A DNA stretch of 64,000 bases from Paraphysomonas bandaiensis (taxonomy: Eukaryota; Protista; Chrysophyceae), in NCBI GenBank assembly GCA_965644295.1, contig CBFFRP010000070.1:1-64000 (forward strand), in the 5' to 3' direction. Below the pieces are notes generated by a model. It was not told the DNA's origin. It did not search any database and was given only the letters and a program-made list of their open reading frames with translations. Below, in pieces: positions 9,236 through 20,700 of the stretch (the stretch's first letter is position 1; every line of letters begins with the position of its first letter). The translations under genes and the position numbers were made by a program.

Positions 9236-12200
9236 ATGATTGAGGACCTAGAAGAACATGTGATCAGTGTTTGTGATGGGAATGATGATTGTGATTATCT
9301 CCCAGAGGCTAAAACATTGAATACTACTTCTTCAAAGGTCCATTTCAAGGATGGAGCTAAGCTGTATGCTTCATATCCTTCAGCCAAGAAATTTTCATCA
9401 GCACATACTGTAGGTAGAGTAATTATAGACAAGAAGTTCGGAGTGGAAGAATTAGTGAAAGTTTTATGTGACACAGGAGCCCTATCCGCTAACTACGTAG
9501 CACGTGATCTTGTGGATAGATTGCGTACCAAGCTAGAACCTAGCAGGTTCTACAAGGTCAAACACCGTGTGGTTTTGGCAGACAGTAGAACCGTAAAGGA
9601 TCTTGACGAAGGGGTTCGATTGAACTTAGTGTTTACCGATCCCAAGAGTCACACTTACCAGTACACTGGTGAGTTCATCGTGATCGACATGTCATCTAAT
9701 GACATTATTTTGGGACTACCAGCCCTCACTGGGAAGCTATACCCTTTCATGTGTGCTGTCATGGAGCAGGCCCATGAGAATCATCTCGAAGATTCGGCTC
9801 AAGGGAACCATAATTTGAGTGCCCTACAAAATGAGGACATGGAATCCAGAGAGGAACACCGACGTCCCTGGAGTAAAGCGAATGATGCTATCGCTCCAGA
9901 AGATAACGAGACTGAGTTACCCGTTCAATTCAAAGATGCTTTGACATTCCTCGGAAAGTCTAGAGAGGAAGCTCTTAACGACTACTATGAACAAATAGAA
10001 ACTCACGTCAGTCAGGAGATGAAACAAGAGACCAACATTATGGATCTCTTATCTTCCAAAGCTGAGAAGGTATTCGTGCCTGATGAGTGGACAGGAGTCC
10101 GAGGTGTTGACCCTTTGACTCTTAAGTGGAAAGAAACTTTACCTGAAAGAATGAAACCCAGAGCCAGGCCGATCAACCCTAAGCTCTGGGAAGCATCCGA
10201 AAAGGAGTTCAGGAGACTATGTGGTTATTTTTACCAGAAGAGCAGATCTCCTTGGGCTTCATGCTTGGTGGTTGCTCCCAAGGCTACTCCACCTTATATC
10301 CGATTCTGCGGGGATTATGTTAACATCAACAAGCACATGCAAGTGGGTAATTATACAATTCCCAATGTCAAGCATGAATTGGACAAGATCATCAATTTCC
10401 CATTGTATATGGACATCGACTTGACCAACGCTTTCCATCAGATACCTCTAGCGGAAGAAACATCAGAGAGGCTTTCTATCCAGACGCCATGGGGCCAATA
10501 TGCGCCAAAGTTCATGCCAGAAGGTATTGCGCCGGCTACTGGAATTCTGCAAGAGGTAGTCAGGGAAATATTTGAAGATTTTTCTGACTGGGCCATTGTA
10601 ATATTTGACAACATGTTGATATTGGCCAACGACCCTCAAGATGCGTATCAGAAATTTGAGAAAGTGATTGACAGATGCATCGAGAGGAATCTCAAACTGA
10701 AAATGCCAAAGAGTTGGCTTGGATTTAGAAAAGTAGACTTCTTCGGATACGTATGCAGACACAAATCCTATGAAGTCAATCCTGAGAAGAAGGAAGCCCT
10801 AGGCAAAATCCCAATGCCTACCAACACCAAACAAGCGAGGTCTCTGCTTGGCAAGGGCGTGTTCTTTTCCAGTTTTACCCCTAGATATTCAGACTTGGTT
10901 GCTCATCTCACAGATTTGACCAAATCGAAATTCAATTGGGACAAGACTACGTGGCGGCACGATTATGAGGCTGAATATCGTCGCTTCATAAAAGGCCTGC
11001 AAGATTCCTGCGAATTGTTCTACCCAGACTACAATTTGGAGTGGACACTGCGTACTGACGCTAGTGAGCTAGGAATCGGCTCGGTGCTTCTGCAGAAAAA
11101 GATTCTCGCAGATGGAACAGAGCAGTTGCAACCCATTGCCTTCCTGTCAAAGAAGTTTTCAGCTCAGGCTCAGAAATGGGCTACGATAGAGCAAGAAGCT
11201 TATGGTATTTACTACAGTGTCAAGCACTTAGCGTACTATTTGATTGGGAAGCAGTTCACTATAGAGACTGACCACAATAATCTCTTGTGGATGGAGTCGT
11301 CTGAAGTACCTAAGATCACAAGATGGAGAATTTTCTTGCAATCTTTCAACTTCAGCATTAAACACATATCGGGTGCCAAGAATTGGTTAGCCGATTGGTT
11401 ATCTCGGGAGCATCAAGTTGCGGCGTTGTCCGGTATATTCTTAGATGAAGACTATGCCGATGCCTACTTCCTTGGAGAGGACTGCACTGAGGATGAATTT
11501 TTTAACTTCTTGGGCAATTTTATGAACCCAGAAGACAGGGAAGTATCTCCTCATGCGCAAAGTTCAGTCACTCCCGAGGATGCCTTGCAACAAGTACATA
11601 ATGCCCGAGTTGGACATCTCGGTGGGCGAGCCACTTGGATTCGACTTAATAAGCAATTCCCCGGCCATGGAATTCCTTACAAAGTAGTCGAAGACTTCAT
11701 TGCGAAGTGTCCAAACTGTGTTAAGACTAGATTGGCGATGAAAGAAGCGCTGATCCCTATAGTCCGAAACCTTAAGCCTCCGAGCGCTCGGAGTGCTATT
11801 GGTATTGATGCGGTAGAAATCACACCCCATGGTGCTGATGGATACACGCACATTAATGTCGTAGTCAACCTGTTCACCAAGTTAGTTTATCTTGAGCCAG
11901 TCAAAGGAGTGACTGCCCTCAACTTGGCAAACACGGTATGGAAGTATTGGAGTTACTACGGACACACTGATCTTATCATCTCAGATCAGGGTCCTGACCT
12001 AACTTCCGATCTTTTCAAACAACTGACTGAATATATGGGCGTCCGACACACCTTCAGCATAGCCAACAGGCATGCTAATGGTTGTGAACGCATCATCGGT
12101 GAGGTGGTCCGACATTTGCGTGCCCTAGTATATGAAAACAGCAAGCGTGTAGAACGAAAGGATGTTTTTGAGGATCCCAGCTGGATACCCAGCGCTCAAT

Positions 12201-13201
12201 ACATTCTGAATTCAGAAGTCTCATCCGAGACGGGGTACTCACCCTTTGAGCTCACTTTTGGCTCTAATGATCTGGAATATTTAACTATGAATATACAGAC
12301 TTTGCCTGAGCGTGCACACGCCAGACTGACTGCTCTTAATGAACAGTTAGAAGGCCTACGGGCGGCTTCCAAAACTTACCAGCAGCAGTTAGCGAGTGAA
12401 CGTGCTGGGGAGGGAGTTCACCCGGACAAGCAGAACCGATATCAACCGGGCGACTTCATTTTATTTGACAAAGGCGCCAAGGTTCATCCCAAGATGTCAC
12501 ATCGATACATGGGACCTTTTGTTGTTAAGACCCAGTACAAAAATGACATTGATTGTCAGCACCTTGCTACAGGGCAAGTGGTACGTGTTTCAGTGACAGA
12601 CGTCAAACTGTTTCCAGGTGATAGAGAAACTGCGTACAGCATGGCTCTACGAGACCAGGATCAGCATGTCATTGACAAGATTCTCTACTATCGGGGTGAC
12701 AGAGAGTCACGCTCCACTTTGATTTTTACTGTGAGATTTCAGGATGGTGATGTCAGAGAAGTGCCTTATAGCAAGGACCTTTTTGACTCAGTGCCTTACG
12801 CGGACTTTTGTTCCAGCAAACGGTACCTCTACCACCTGATTTATCCAGCGGAGGGTGCCAAGAAATATATCTCGGACATCCGACGCCAGTCTATCACTCA
12901 GTTCAAACCCGGTGACCATGCATATGTTGACCTACGCATTTATGGCGACGTATGGTACGACGGACTGCAGTTACCAGACTCCCACTTACTGACCTATGTA
13001 GCTCCGATCCAGTTCACACACTGGTATCATCGAAGCTCTAGGAGAGTATTATCCGTCAAGGATCTTCTCACTCTCCGCACTTACCGTTATGACAACTACC
13101 TCGTGCATTGTTTCGTTCACCCTGAACTAGACACTAGCACTATGGTACTAGTCGACAAGGACTTGGCTACACGCTACCCTCAAGTCCTTGAGTCCGTTTA
13201 G
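9236..13201 (+). CDS. pol: Pol polyprotein, copy B (1321 aa)
   Basis: Translation identical to 3093-7058; only synonymous differences noticed. Confidence 0.95.
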   Translation: MIEDLEEHVISVCDGNDDCDYLPEAKTLNTTSSKVHFKDGAKLYASYPSAKKFSSAHTVGRVIIDKKFGVEELVKVLCDTGALSANYVARDLVDRLRTKLEPSRFYKVKHRVVLADSRTVKDLDEGVRLNLVFTDPKSHTYQYTGEFIVIDMSSNDIILGLPALTGKLYPFMCAVMEQAHENHLEDSAQGNHNLSALQNEDMESREEHRRPWSKANDAIAPEDNETELPVQFKDALTFLGKSREEALNDYYEQIETHVSQEMKQETNIMDLLSSKAEKVFVPDEWTGVRGVDPLTLKWKETLPERMKPRARPINPKLWEASEKEFRRLCGYFYQKSRSPWASCLVVAPKATPPYIRFCGDYVNINKHMQVGNYTIPNVKHELDKIINFPLYMDIDLTNAFHQIPLAEETSERLSIQTPWGQYAPKFMPEGIAPATGILQEVVREIFEDFSDWAIVIFDNMLILANDPQDAYQKFEKVIDRCIERNLKLKMPKSWLGFRKVDFFGYVCRHKSYEVNPEKKEALGKIPMPTNTKQARSLLGKGVFFSSFTPRYSDLVAHLTDLTKSKFNWDKTTWRHDYEAEYRRFIKGLQDSCELFYPDYNLEWTLRTDASELGIGSVLLQKKILADGTEQLQPIAFLSKKFSAQAQKWATIEQEAYGIYYSVKHLAYYLIGKQFTIETDHNNLLWMESSEVPKITRWRIFLQSFNFSIKHISGAKNWLADWLSREHQVAALSGIFLDEDYADAYFLGEDCTEDEFFNFLGNFMNPEDREVSPHAQSSVTPEDALQQVHNARVGHLGGRATWIRLNKQFPGHGIPYKVVEDFIAKCPNCVKTRLAMKEALIPIVRNLKPPSARSAIGIDAVEITPHGADGYTHINVVVNLFTKLVYLEPVKGVTALNLANTVWKYWSYYGHTDLIISDQGPDLTSDLFKQLTEYMGVRHTFSIANRHANGCERIIGEVVRHLRALVYENSKRVERKDVFEDPSWIPSAQYILNSEVSSETGYSPFELTFGSNDLEYLTMNIQTLPERAHARLTALNEQLEGLRAASKTYQQQLASERAGEGVHPDKQNRYQPGDFILFDKGAKVHPKMSHRYMGPFVVKTQYKNDIDCQHLATGQVVRVSVTDVKLFPGDRETAYSMALRDQDQHVIDKILYYRGDRESRSTLIFTVRFQDGDVREVPYSKDLFDSVPYADFCSSKRYLYHLIYPAEGAKKYISDIRRQSITQFKPGDHAYVDLRIYGDVWYDGLQLPDSHLLTYVAPIQFTHWYHRSSRRVLSVKDLLTLRTYRYDNYLVHCFVHPELDTSTMVLVDKDLATRYPQVLESV

Positions 13202-13379
13202 AGCACGGGACCAATCAACTTACACGCGATCTTCCAACTCCAACGCTCCTCTGCTGCACCTTCGTTTTGATGGCTAATTTTTAGTTCCGTTGAAATTTGT
13301 GGGCCGCAGAGTGACGCCCGTCTTCATCATTTCGCATAATACTTATATCAAACAAAAAAAAAAAAGGGAGGCGGGGCAA

Positions 13380-14739
13380 TGTGACCACGTGGCATTTCAC
13401 ATGCCTCAGTCACGTGTCTATAGTAAGTGCAAAACTACTAACTACGGGATGAAGACAGAGACGATAGAAGTATCAGAAACATATCATTATTACGCTACAG
13501 ATTACTGAAGAACTAGCACTAGGACGGGAGGTACAATTTCCCATAATCTGCCAACAGCTCTTCGCCGGCCGCAACTGCCCGAGTGGTCTGCACCCAGACC
13601 ACGTCCAAGCCGGACTCATCTACTACAAATTCGCAGTTGAAGCGCCAGCCAGCAGCATGGTCAGAAGGATACACCGTGTTTATATACCTACCATGATTAT
13701 GAGGCACCCGGGCCAAATAAGCTTGGGACCCCAGCGGCCAAAGGTAACCTATGTCCCGAGTGTCCCGCTCCGCATCTATATAGAAGTCCTTAGCCATCTC
13801 AAGTATGTATGCTCCCCAGCTGGGACGGGAGGTATACACTTCACCGCTGTAGAGGCAGAAACGCAGTCCTAGCTCCAAATCCTGTAAGGAGAATAAACCT
13901 TGCTGTTCAGGCTTATCGCCCTGCGGGTTGGCAATGTTTAGGCCAGACCGGACTTCCACATAGGGATTCACTGTCCCACACCTCTGGTAGAAGTCCAACA
14001 CGCACTGGCAGACTTCACCTCTTGCATCATACGATGACGAGTGCAAGTAAGGAACAACTTTGCACAGTTGCCTATGTGCATCAAGTTGTCCCTCGGGGCA
14101 TCGAACGGAGCGTTCCCACATACGCCTAGCAGCAGCCCTTTCACGGTAGGCATACCGATACCGATTGGACCTACGTAATAGAGAGCCCCGTCCCCTACGA
14201 TTGCGAGGTTTAGGCTTAGTGGAGCCCGCTGCTGGATCTGTAGTGGCAGACATTGTTTATGCAGCAATGGATATGATGTATGTATCTGATGTGGACATTG
14301 GTTCTTAGTCTGAGATAGTAGATGTAGGAAAAGCATCATACGGTATGCTGCACACTCACATACATGTTGGTCCATTGTAATACAGTAGCAGTACTCTGAA
14401 TACGCAGTATTCAACGGCTAATTTACAAACTGGCGAGTGTGGTGTGTGGTGTCATCGCGAGTGTGGTGTGTTGTGCTTGTTCTATGTTGCATTGCTTTAC
14501 AGCTCAGTGTTTTGTTAAGTGTTGTTCTGTTTGTACACTAGTGTTCTGACTTCACTGGAGGTGGGGTTTGCGCGGTGATTCTTGGAGGGAGTCACTAGTA
14601 CAAGCTTGCAACGCTTGACATACTGTTTAGAGTAATAATCATCCTGTTCTCCTGCAATCAGACGTACATATAGCTCTGGTTAACTCATTGTGTTTGTTTC
14701 TGCTGCACAGCCTTGGTTATCAAACCTGGCTGTGTCATA
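13380..14739 (+). repeat. 3' LTR of Gypsy copy B (1360 bp)
   Basis: Preceded by same PPT; near-identical to 7237-8596. Confidence 0.93.
13519..14253 (-). CDS. SET-domain protein (244 aa), LTR-encoded, second full copy
   Basis: Differs from 7376-8110 at 2 aa (V10G, Q243P); all SET motifs intact. Confidence 0.88.
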   Translation of the reverse strand: MSATTDPAAGSTKPKPRNRRGRGSLLRRSNRYRYAYRERAAARRMWERSVRCPEGQLDAHRQLCKVVPYLHSSSYDARGEVCQCVLDFYQRCGTVNPYVEVRSGLNIANPQGDKPEQQGLFSLQDLELGLRFCLYSGEVYTSRPSWGAYILEMAKDFYIDAERDTRDIGYLWPLGSQAYLARVPHNHGRYINTVYPSDHAAGWRFNCEFVVDESGLDVVWVQTTRAVAAGEELLADYGKLYLPS

Positions 14740-14771
14740 CAATAGCTGGGAGGCGTCATAGTACAACACTC

Positions 14772-14988
14772 AATTGAGGGGGAGTGTTGAGATCTGAAGA
14801 TTCTATATACTTGCAATTGAGTGCAGTATTATGTGAGATGCAAGGATCGAAAGATATATATGTAATTAGTACATTATATTATGTAGTATGAAACTGAAGT
14901 AGAAGTGGATGACTATACAGGATACGATCACTGAGTGTGTGGTTTGTACACTATAGTAGTAAATGAATGGTGTTGAACACATCGAACA
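14772..14988 (+). mobile_element. Probable 3' end (PPT + LTR) of a Copia element into which the Gypsy inserted
   Basis: TTGAGGGGGAG followed by TGTTGAG at 14785, same PPT type as 45659-45669; right end (...GAACA) uncertain. Confidence 0.55.
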
Positions 14989-15104
14989 CAACTTAGGTTC
15001 TTTATCATGTAATGTTTATAATTTCATCTTATCAGTTGAGAATAGTAAACCTTAGCAAATAATGTCAACTTCTGTTACTGTGAGTCACAAACATATAGAC
15101 AGCA

Positions 15105-15294
15105 GATAACGTTCTTCCCACTCAGAACAATAGTTGTGTGGTACAAGGAAAACTACAATATAAGTATAAAAGTGTCACTTGTGTAGACTTCTTGGGGCCT
15201 TGACGAATAAACAGGCATCCGGGACTGGGCCCACCTGAAGGGCATCCGGGGTATTGGGCTGCTTTTACTAAAGTCAAGCATCCCGGCTTTTCAC
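15105..15294. repeat. ~190-bp dispersed repeat; diverged copy split at 27574-27714 + 28518-28574
   Basis: Shared blocks GATAACGTTCT, TTGTGTGGTACAAG, CTTGTGTAGAC, CTTGACGAATAAACAGG, AAGTCAAGCATCCCGGC. Confidence 0.75.
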
Positions 15295-16261
15295 CTTAAT
15301 GACAGAGAGCGAAATTGGTTGCACCTTTTGGCGCTAAAAAGTAGGATATCAGAGTTAAGCACTAGGTAGTTAAATTGTATTACTAATTTATACACACCAA
15401 TTGCTAGTAATAAGACATGCACACGTGTTGAGTAGTGTTATAAGAAGTTTTTAGCACTATTACCTACCCTGCCTATATATTACCTGTGCACATATAAACA
15501 AGGTAGTTAAGACAAATCAATGTCAGTCATGGCAAGGCTCAAACACCCATAGTCGCGTCAGAAGAGTTTAGGCGCATTATTAGGATGCATGAACTTCACA
15601 ATATATATGCAGTATAGATAGCGCAATGTTGAGTTATGTTGTATAATATTTTACATATATTTACAATTGAAGTGAGATGATAGTAGTTTGAAATAGGTAA
15701 AACCAACCCGCAGCAGAAAAACGTTAATATATTTAAAAAGGAAGTAAATTCAGTTACTGACGAATGTCTATACAAGATATTTATAGGTATGAGGTTAACT
15801 GTTGATATGATAAATAGAGACGTTACATCATATAATATGATCTGAATCGTTTGTATTAATAACTATAAACGAAGAATATCTATTAGTAAAACTAAGCAAG
15901 TTTAAGGATTATGTGTAGAGCAGGGTTAACATCTGTGTACTATTCAATTCTAACAGGCTATACCAATTCGCAACTTAGCAACACTTTTAAATTAATTATA
16001 AATCGCAAAGTCAACCACATTTTAGAATCCATACCCAATCATTACCCAAATTAATTGGTTTATGCCCTATGTTTGGACGGAAAGTGCTTTTAACAATATA
16101 AAAGCTAAGGTCGTTTTAGTATTATAGCTGCGTTTCTAGTCTATAAATATCTCTGGTATTTCTATACCTTCTGCTCCAGCAATACACCTAATTTTCTCGC
16201 CGCATACATGTATCTGTAGTCACTAAACATTCCTTTTCAGTTTTTGGCCTGCAGTAACTAC

Positions 16262-16686
16262 CAGGGATAGGGAACAATATATTGCAATACTATTGTTAGA
16301 TAGCGTTCCATCAATAGTATTGATGGATTTTTTAAACCGGCCCTACAATACTATTTCAATATATTTCAATATATTGTACAATGTATTGCAATACAATATA
16401 TTATTAGGATTCAGCTTAATACATGATTGTATCTGTGAGTTATAATGTTCAATGAAATATACCATGAACTGAATTAGAGAGAGTATCTGTCGAAGATACG
16501 TGATCGTCATCATAACGTCGTCATTATCAGTTACACTTCTAACTATTCCGTTGTGCATGATAGTACGTTCTATATTGTTATTCATAATTTTCACTCTATC
16601 GTGTTCATTACTTACACTCTAATAATCACAACATTGTTTTACTATTATAAAGATCAATTCTTTATTTATATTGTTCCCTATCCCTG
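16262..16686. mobile_element. MITE (CAGGG TIR, hAT-like) interrupted by a solo LTR
   Basis: TIR CAGGGATAGGGAACAATATA / TATATTGTTCCCTATCCCTG; internal sequence shared with 16728-16851. Confidence 0.75.
16402..16666 (+). repeat. Solo LTR related to the Copia at 38713-45931
   Basis: 265 bp, starts TATTAGGATTCAGC, ends TT, flanked by 5-bp TSD TATAT. Confidence 0.85.
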
Positions 16687-16727
16687 GTACATCAGTTATC
16701 TGACAAGCTTGCTCACAGTCTATTTAG

Positions 16728-16851
16728 CAGGGAAAAGGGGGAAATATATTGCAATACTATTGTTAGATAGCGTTCCTTCAATAGTATTGATGGGGTTTTT
16801 AAACCGGTCCTACAATGCTATTGCAATACAATTTATTGTTCCCTATCCCTG
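16728..16851. mobile_element. Second MITE copy (hAT-like)
   Basis: CAGGG...CCCTG ends; flanks CTATTTAG / CTATCTAG (7/8 match, 8-bp TSD). Confidence 0.7.
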
Positions 16852-17978
16852 CTATCTAGTATCTGAAACCAGGGGTTCAATAACTATATATAGCAAAACT
16901 ATTGAGAGATAGTGTTCCAACAATGTTTTAGTTTTATAGCGTTCCGTCAATACTACTGATGAAGGTTTTAGAACCGGATCAATCATTGATCAGTAAAAGT
17001 AAACACATAAGTAGATTCCAGTTTTAGTACTAGTCATTGAGTTCACATTATAAAAAGAACACTTTGTTGGCTACTTCTTAGCTAATTACAATTTTCCTCA
17101 TACATATCCTCTGAGCCATCATCGGTGACGTCAGCATTTATAGCGCAAAGTAAATGTTGTGCCGATTCACCTGCTAAATTTAACGTTGTGTTTTCAAGTG
17201 TTTCAATATTCTGTGCATATCAACTTGTCCACAGTATCGTTGAAAGTTGTGTCACTTATGATGAATCAACAAAGTGGTACTGTATGTGCTTGAATTTCAG
17301 CTTAGTGTTTGAAACAAAACAAAAACTTCTTCAATCTGCCGTTCTTCCACCTTCAAAAACTGAGACTGTGGAGCTCTTCATCAAAACCTACCCAGCCTCG
17401 TCACAGTTGAGCTCAAAGTACACACTAATCATGACGAGAATCGCATCCACTTTGACTGCAGGGCACTACAAGAATACAGAAGCAGTCGCTATCAAGAACC
17501 ACGACATAGCCGGAATACAAATAGAGGTGTGACGGTGACTACAGCGAGGGAGCAGCAGAGGAAGCCTCGAATAAAAGAAAACTGGAGCTGAACTCATACG
17601 TAGCAGCTATGAGCCAGAGGAGTAAGAAGCTACATGCGTTTGTTCGTCACTCACGCTAACAGACATACATGTTCGTTAATGGGTTCCGGCCTGTCTGCTC
17701 GACACACCAGAGCAGAGCGGCGGAACCTGCCTGCAGATATCTTCCACTCATCGGTAGTCATCATCTTATTTTTCGGAAATAAATTGAAGTAAAAATCATC
17801 TAAATTACTGCAATACAACTACGGCTGAAATACAGATAATTGTTGTCTCAATTATTTGAGGCATCTTGGAACAAAAATATACAAAGGATGCCGATACGTA
17901 CTGCTGTACTCTGCTGTATACCGTATACGCAACTTCTGGTATTGTATGTATACTGTTGTATACACTGTTATCTGTAAA

Positions 17979-20700
17979 ATATCCCACTTTTACGAATATT
18001 TGGATCACCGTATAACGGACTTGCCGAACAATAAATGTTCGGAAAATCGGTTTATCTCCACCGTATAATTATGATATCTAGAATATCTCGATTTTACGAA
18101 CACATTATTGTTCGGCATTTTTTTACCGTTTGGCCACTATCGCCATTCAAACCATACAACACCAATGCCCATAAACTGCAAGAACAAAGAACTTAGAACA
18201 AATAAAGCACTTAAAACAAACCAAGCACAATGGATATTATTAGAGAGCAAAGTGAGTTCAGAGATGAGATTGCACAGCAAACCAAGCAGATGCGGTTAAC
18301 GGATAGCACCCGCAGGCAATATGCAGACAGGGTCAGGGCCTTTGCACATTGGCTTGATGAGCATTACCCCGCCTGCGTGGAAAGAGACAACGGTGACAAG
18401 CTCACACCAATACTACCGATACCTGACGTAGTCATGGAAAAGTACATGGCTCATGTGCTTCTTAAAATAGACAGCCGCACTGGTCTGTACTATGACCCTC
18501 CACAATATTACTCGTTTGCACACGTTAATGGACATCGAAGTGCTCTTAAGAATATGTACACGGAAAAGCGAATGAACCCTTCACCGGAAATAGAGAGTAT
18601 GTTTAAGGAAACTCTCGAGGGATTCAAGAGGAAGGTTGCTGACCTTAAGCAGCGTGGCTTATTACCTTCACGAGAAGGCAAGGCTGCAATGACCATGAAA
18701 GGGTACATATTTCTTGCAGAGAAAGCAGCTAAACAGGACCATGACTTTGGACTGTATACATTTTGCTTGTCCTATTTATTGCTATGCTGGAATTTGATAG
18801 CAAGATCTGTAACAGTTGCACATATAATGTACGATCATATATCTTGGGAGGAGGATGCACTGACCATTAATATTGGCAAACAGAAGAATGATCAAGAGGG
18901 AAGCAATGGATTTCCGCGTCATATATATGCAAACCCAAAAAACCCTATAATATGTCCTATTTTGGCATTATCAGTATGGGTGTTTACTCAAGGCTATCAT
19001 CGTGAAGGCTCTGATAGGCGCCTCTTCGGGAACCCAAGAAGTTCTCAAGATCGATTTGAGAAATGGCTCTCTAAAGTACTTAAAACATTTGCTGATGCTA
19101 TTATATCTCTGGGTATAATGATTGCAGAAATAGGAACACACTCATTCAGAAAAGGTGTTGCAACGGCATTAGCTAATTGCCCTGGTGGACCCAGTGCCAT
19201 AAATATATGGTTGCGAGCTGGATGGAGTTTAGGACCCGTTCAGAGTCGATACATATTTGAAGGAGCAGGTGGAGATCAATTTGTTGGCAGGGCAGCTACA
19301 GGTATATCAAGCAGTGATCCCGACTTTGCTATTCTTCCACCTCATTTCGATGACACTAATGGCCCGGTTCTATCCGTTGAAGAATGGGAAGACATACTGC
19401 CTGGCTTCACATCATTCTATCCTGAGAATTTTAGAGTGGCTTTGCCTTATCTTCTTGCTTCGCTGGCATATCATCATGACTGGCTATTAGACACTCTTTC
19501 ACCAAATCATCCTCTGTTTCTTCAAAGAGTTTGGACAAGTGGTATACTACAACGTCTACGACCGAAAGTATTAACTGGTGTGTTTCGAAATGATGTGTCA
19601 AGAATGAATGCTACTGGTGTTCCACCCAATGTGATTCTAGCTAATCGTATGTCGTCGCTGGAAGCAAATGTCGGGAACTTATCTAGAGGTATGCGAGAAA
19701 TGCATACGACATTACCGGAAGCATTGTGTACGAGAATGCTTGATAAGTTTACAGTTAATGGTGCGGTGCCAATAACTAGTACCGACATCGATAGTCTACG
19801 CGAAACACTTTTAGAAGAAATCAGAACAAGATGTACTCCACATAATGTGGAGCAAATTTCTACACAAGAAGAGCAATCCACATCACAAGAGAAGCCTGGA
19901 TTTTACACATGGGGAGGGCGCCATCATTTGTTTCCAGAGGGCTTTCGTTTTCCAAAAGGTAACATAAAAATGCTGTGGGATCTGTGGTGGGGGGGAGAAC
20001 CTCAGAGACATATATTACCCTACAGAAAAATCAAAGGCTTCGATTTATCCCGAACTGACCGGGTAAACTGGAGTAAATGTACCTGCATCATGAACGCACT
20101 AGTCTCCAAGGGCATAGAGATGAACGAGATCGGAGCAGTAGAGGATATTAGTAGCCTACTACCACGACAAAGAGATGCGTTATTCAGCAAAGTGTTTATA
20201 CCTTTCTGTATGAACATATTCGCGGTTGCTAATCCCGTTCTTCTCGATGATATAGGCATCGGAAAAATGTCATATACGACATTCTACGATTACATGAAGG
20301 GTCGCAAGAGGAATAAACGTAGACGGAATGAAATGGAGCAAACGGAAGAAGATAATTGACTGGTACATGTCTATGTTTGTGTCGTATATACGTGAGGGGG
20401 TCTGTGAGACTATTAACAGTCACCTTCACGTATATACATGAACAGACATCGCATTAATGGAGGGGTTGATGAGAATATGACGCTCAAGTAGATAGCTATC
20501 GGCTTCTGGTGTAGATATCATCTTGTTTCATGGCACTACTGACAGTTTAAAGTAACATGTAAAGTTGAACGTTAGATGACATACACATACAACACCATTC
20601 TACAACAGTACTCTACCACAATTATACAACAGTATACAGCAGTAATACTACATAATACCGTTCTGTTCGTATACTGTTCGTAAAAGCGGACCTTCTATAA
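17979..20700 (+). mobile_element. Crypton-type tyrosine-recombinase DNA transposon, unit 1 (2722 bp)
   Basis: Tandem unit with single YR ORF; subterminal inverted 13-mers CCACTTTTACGAA / TTCGTAAAAGCGG. Confidence 0.85.
18230..20359 (+). CDS. Tyrosine recombinase (Crypton/Ndc10-like) with probable C-terminal GCR1_C-like DNA-binding domain, 709 aa
   Basis: R (NLIARS), K (KQKND), HSFR, AGW, Y (VQSRY) catalytic set; C-terminal FPEGFRFP..LWDLWW.G. Confidence 0.88.
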   Translation: MDIIREQSEFRDEIAQQTKQMRLTDSTRRQYADRVRAFAHWLDEHYPACVERDNGDKLTPILPIPDVVMEKYMAHVLLKIDSRTGLYYDPPQYYSFAHVNGHRSALKNMYTEKRMNPSPEIESMFKETLEGFKRKVADLKQRGLLPSREGKAAMTMKGYIFLAEKAAKQDHDFGLYTFCLSYLLLCWNLIARSVTVAHIMYDHISWEEDALTINIGKQKNDQEGSNGFPRHIYANPKNPIICPILALSVWVFTQGYHREGSDRRLFGNPRSSQDRFEKWLSKVLKTFADAIISLGIMIAEIGTHSFRKGVATALANCPGGPSAINIWLRAGWSLGPVQSRYIFEGAGGDQFVGRAATGISSSDPDFAILPPHFDDTNGPVLSVEEWEDILPGFTSFYPENFRVALPYLLASLAYHHDWLLDTLSPNHPLFLQRVWTSGILQRLRPKVLTGVFRNDVSRMNATGVPPNVILANRMSSLEANVGNLSRGMREMHTTLPEALCTRMLDKFTVNGAVPITSTDIDSLRETLLEEIRTRCTPHNVEQISTQEEQSTSQEKPGFYTWGGRHHLFPEGFRFPKGNIKMLWDLWWGGEPQRHILPYRKIKGFDLSRTDRVNWSKCTCIMNALVSKGIEMNEIGAVEDISSLLPRQRDALFSKVFIPFCMNIFAVANPVLLDDIGIGKMSYTTFYDYMKGRKRNKRRRNEMEQTEEDN

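Larger units (their letters stand above)
8597..14739 (+). mobile_element. Gypsy copy B, 3' portion (from gag position equivalent to 2454 through its 3' LTR)
   Basis: 8597 onward repeats 2454 onward; pol protein identical to copy A. Confidence 0.93.

Noticed and set aside
15220-15260. Hammerhead ribozyme in the dispersed repeat
   Set aside because: No CUGANGA plus GAAA core found
16343-16594. Recurring small minus-strand ORF MNNNIERTIMH (also 38702 and 45656)
   Set aside because: Recurs only because it lies in the Copia LTR; its ends run into differing flanks and it has no recognisable domain
17125-17532. 135-aa ORF
   Set aside because: Non-ATG start, no recognisable motif or clear exon structure
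18230-20359. Prophage integrase or DIRS retroelement
   Set aside because: No phage genes or linked RT; single YR with C-terminal extension fits Crypton
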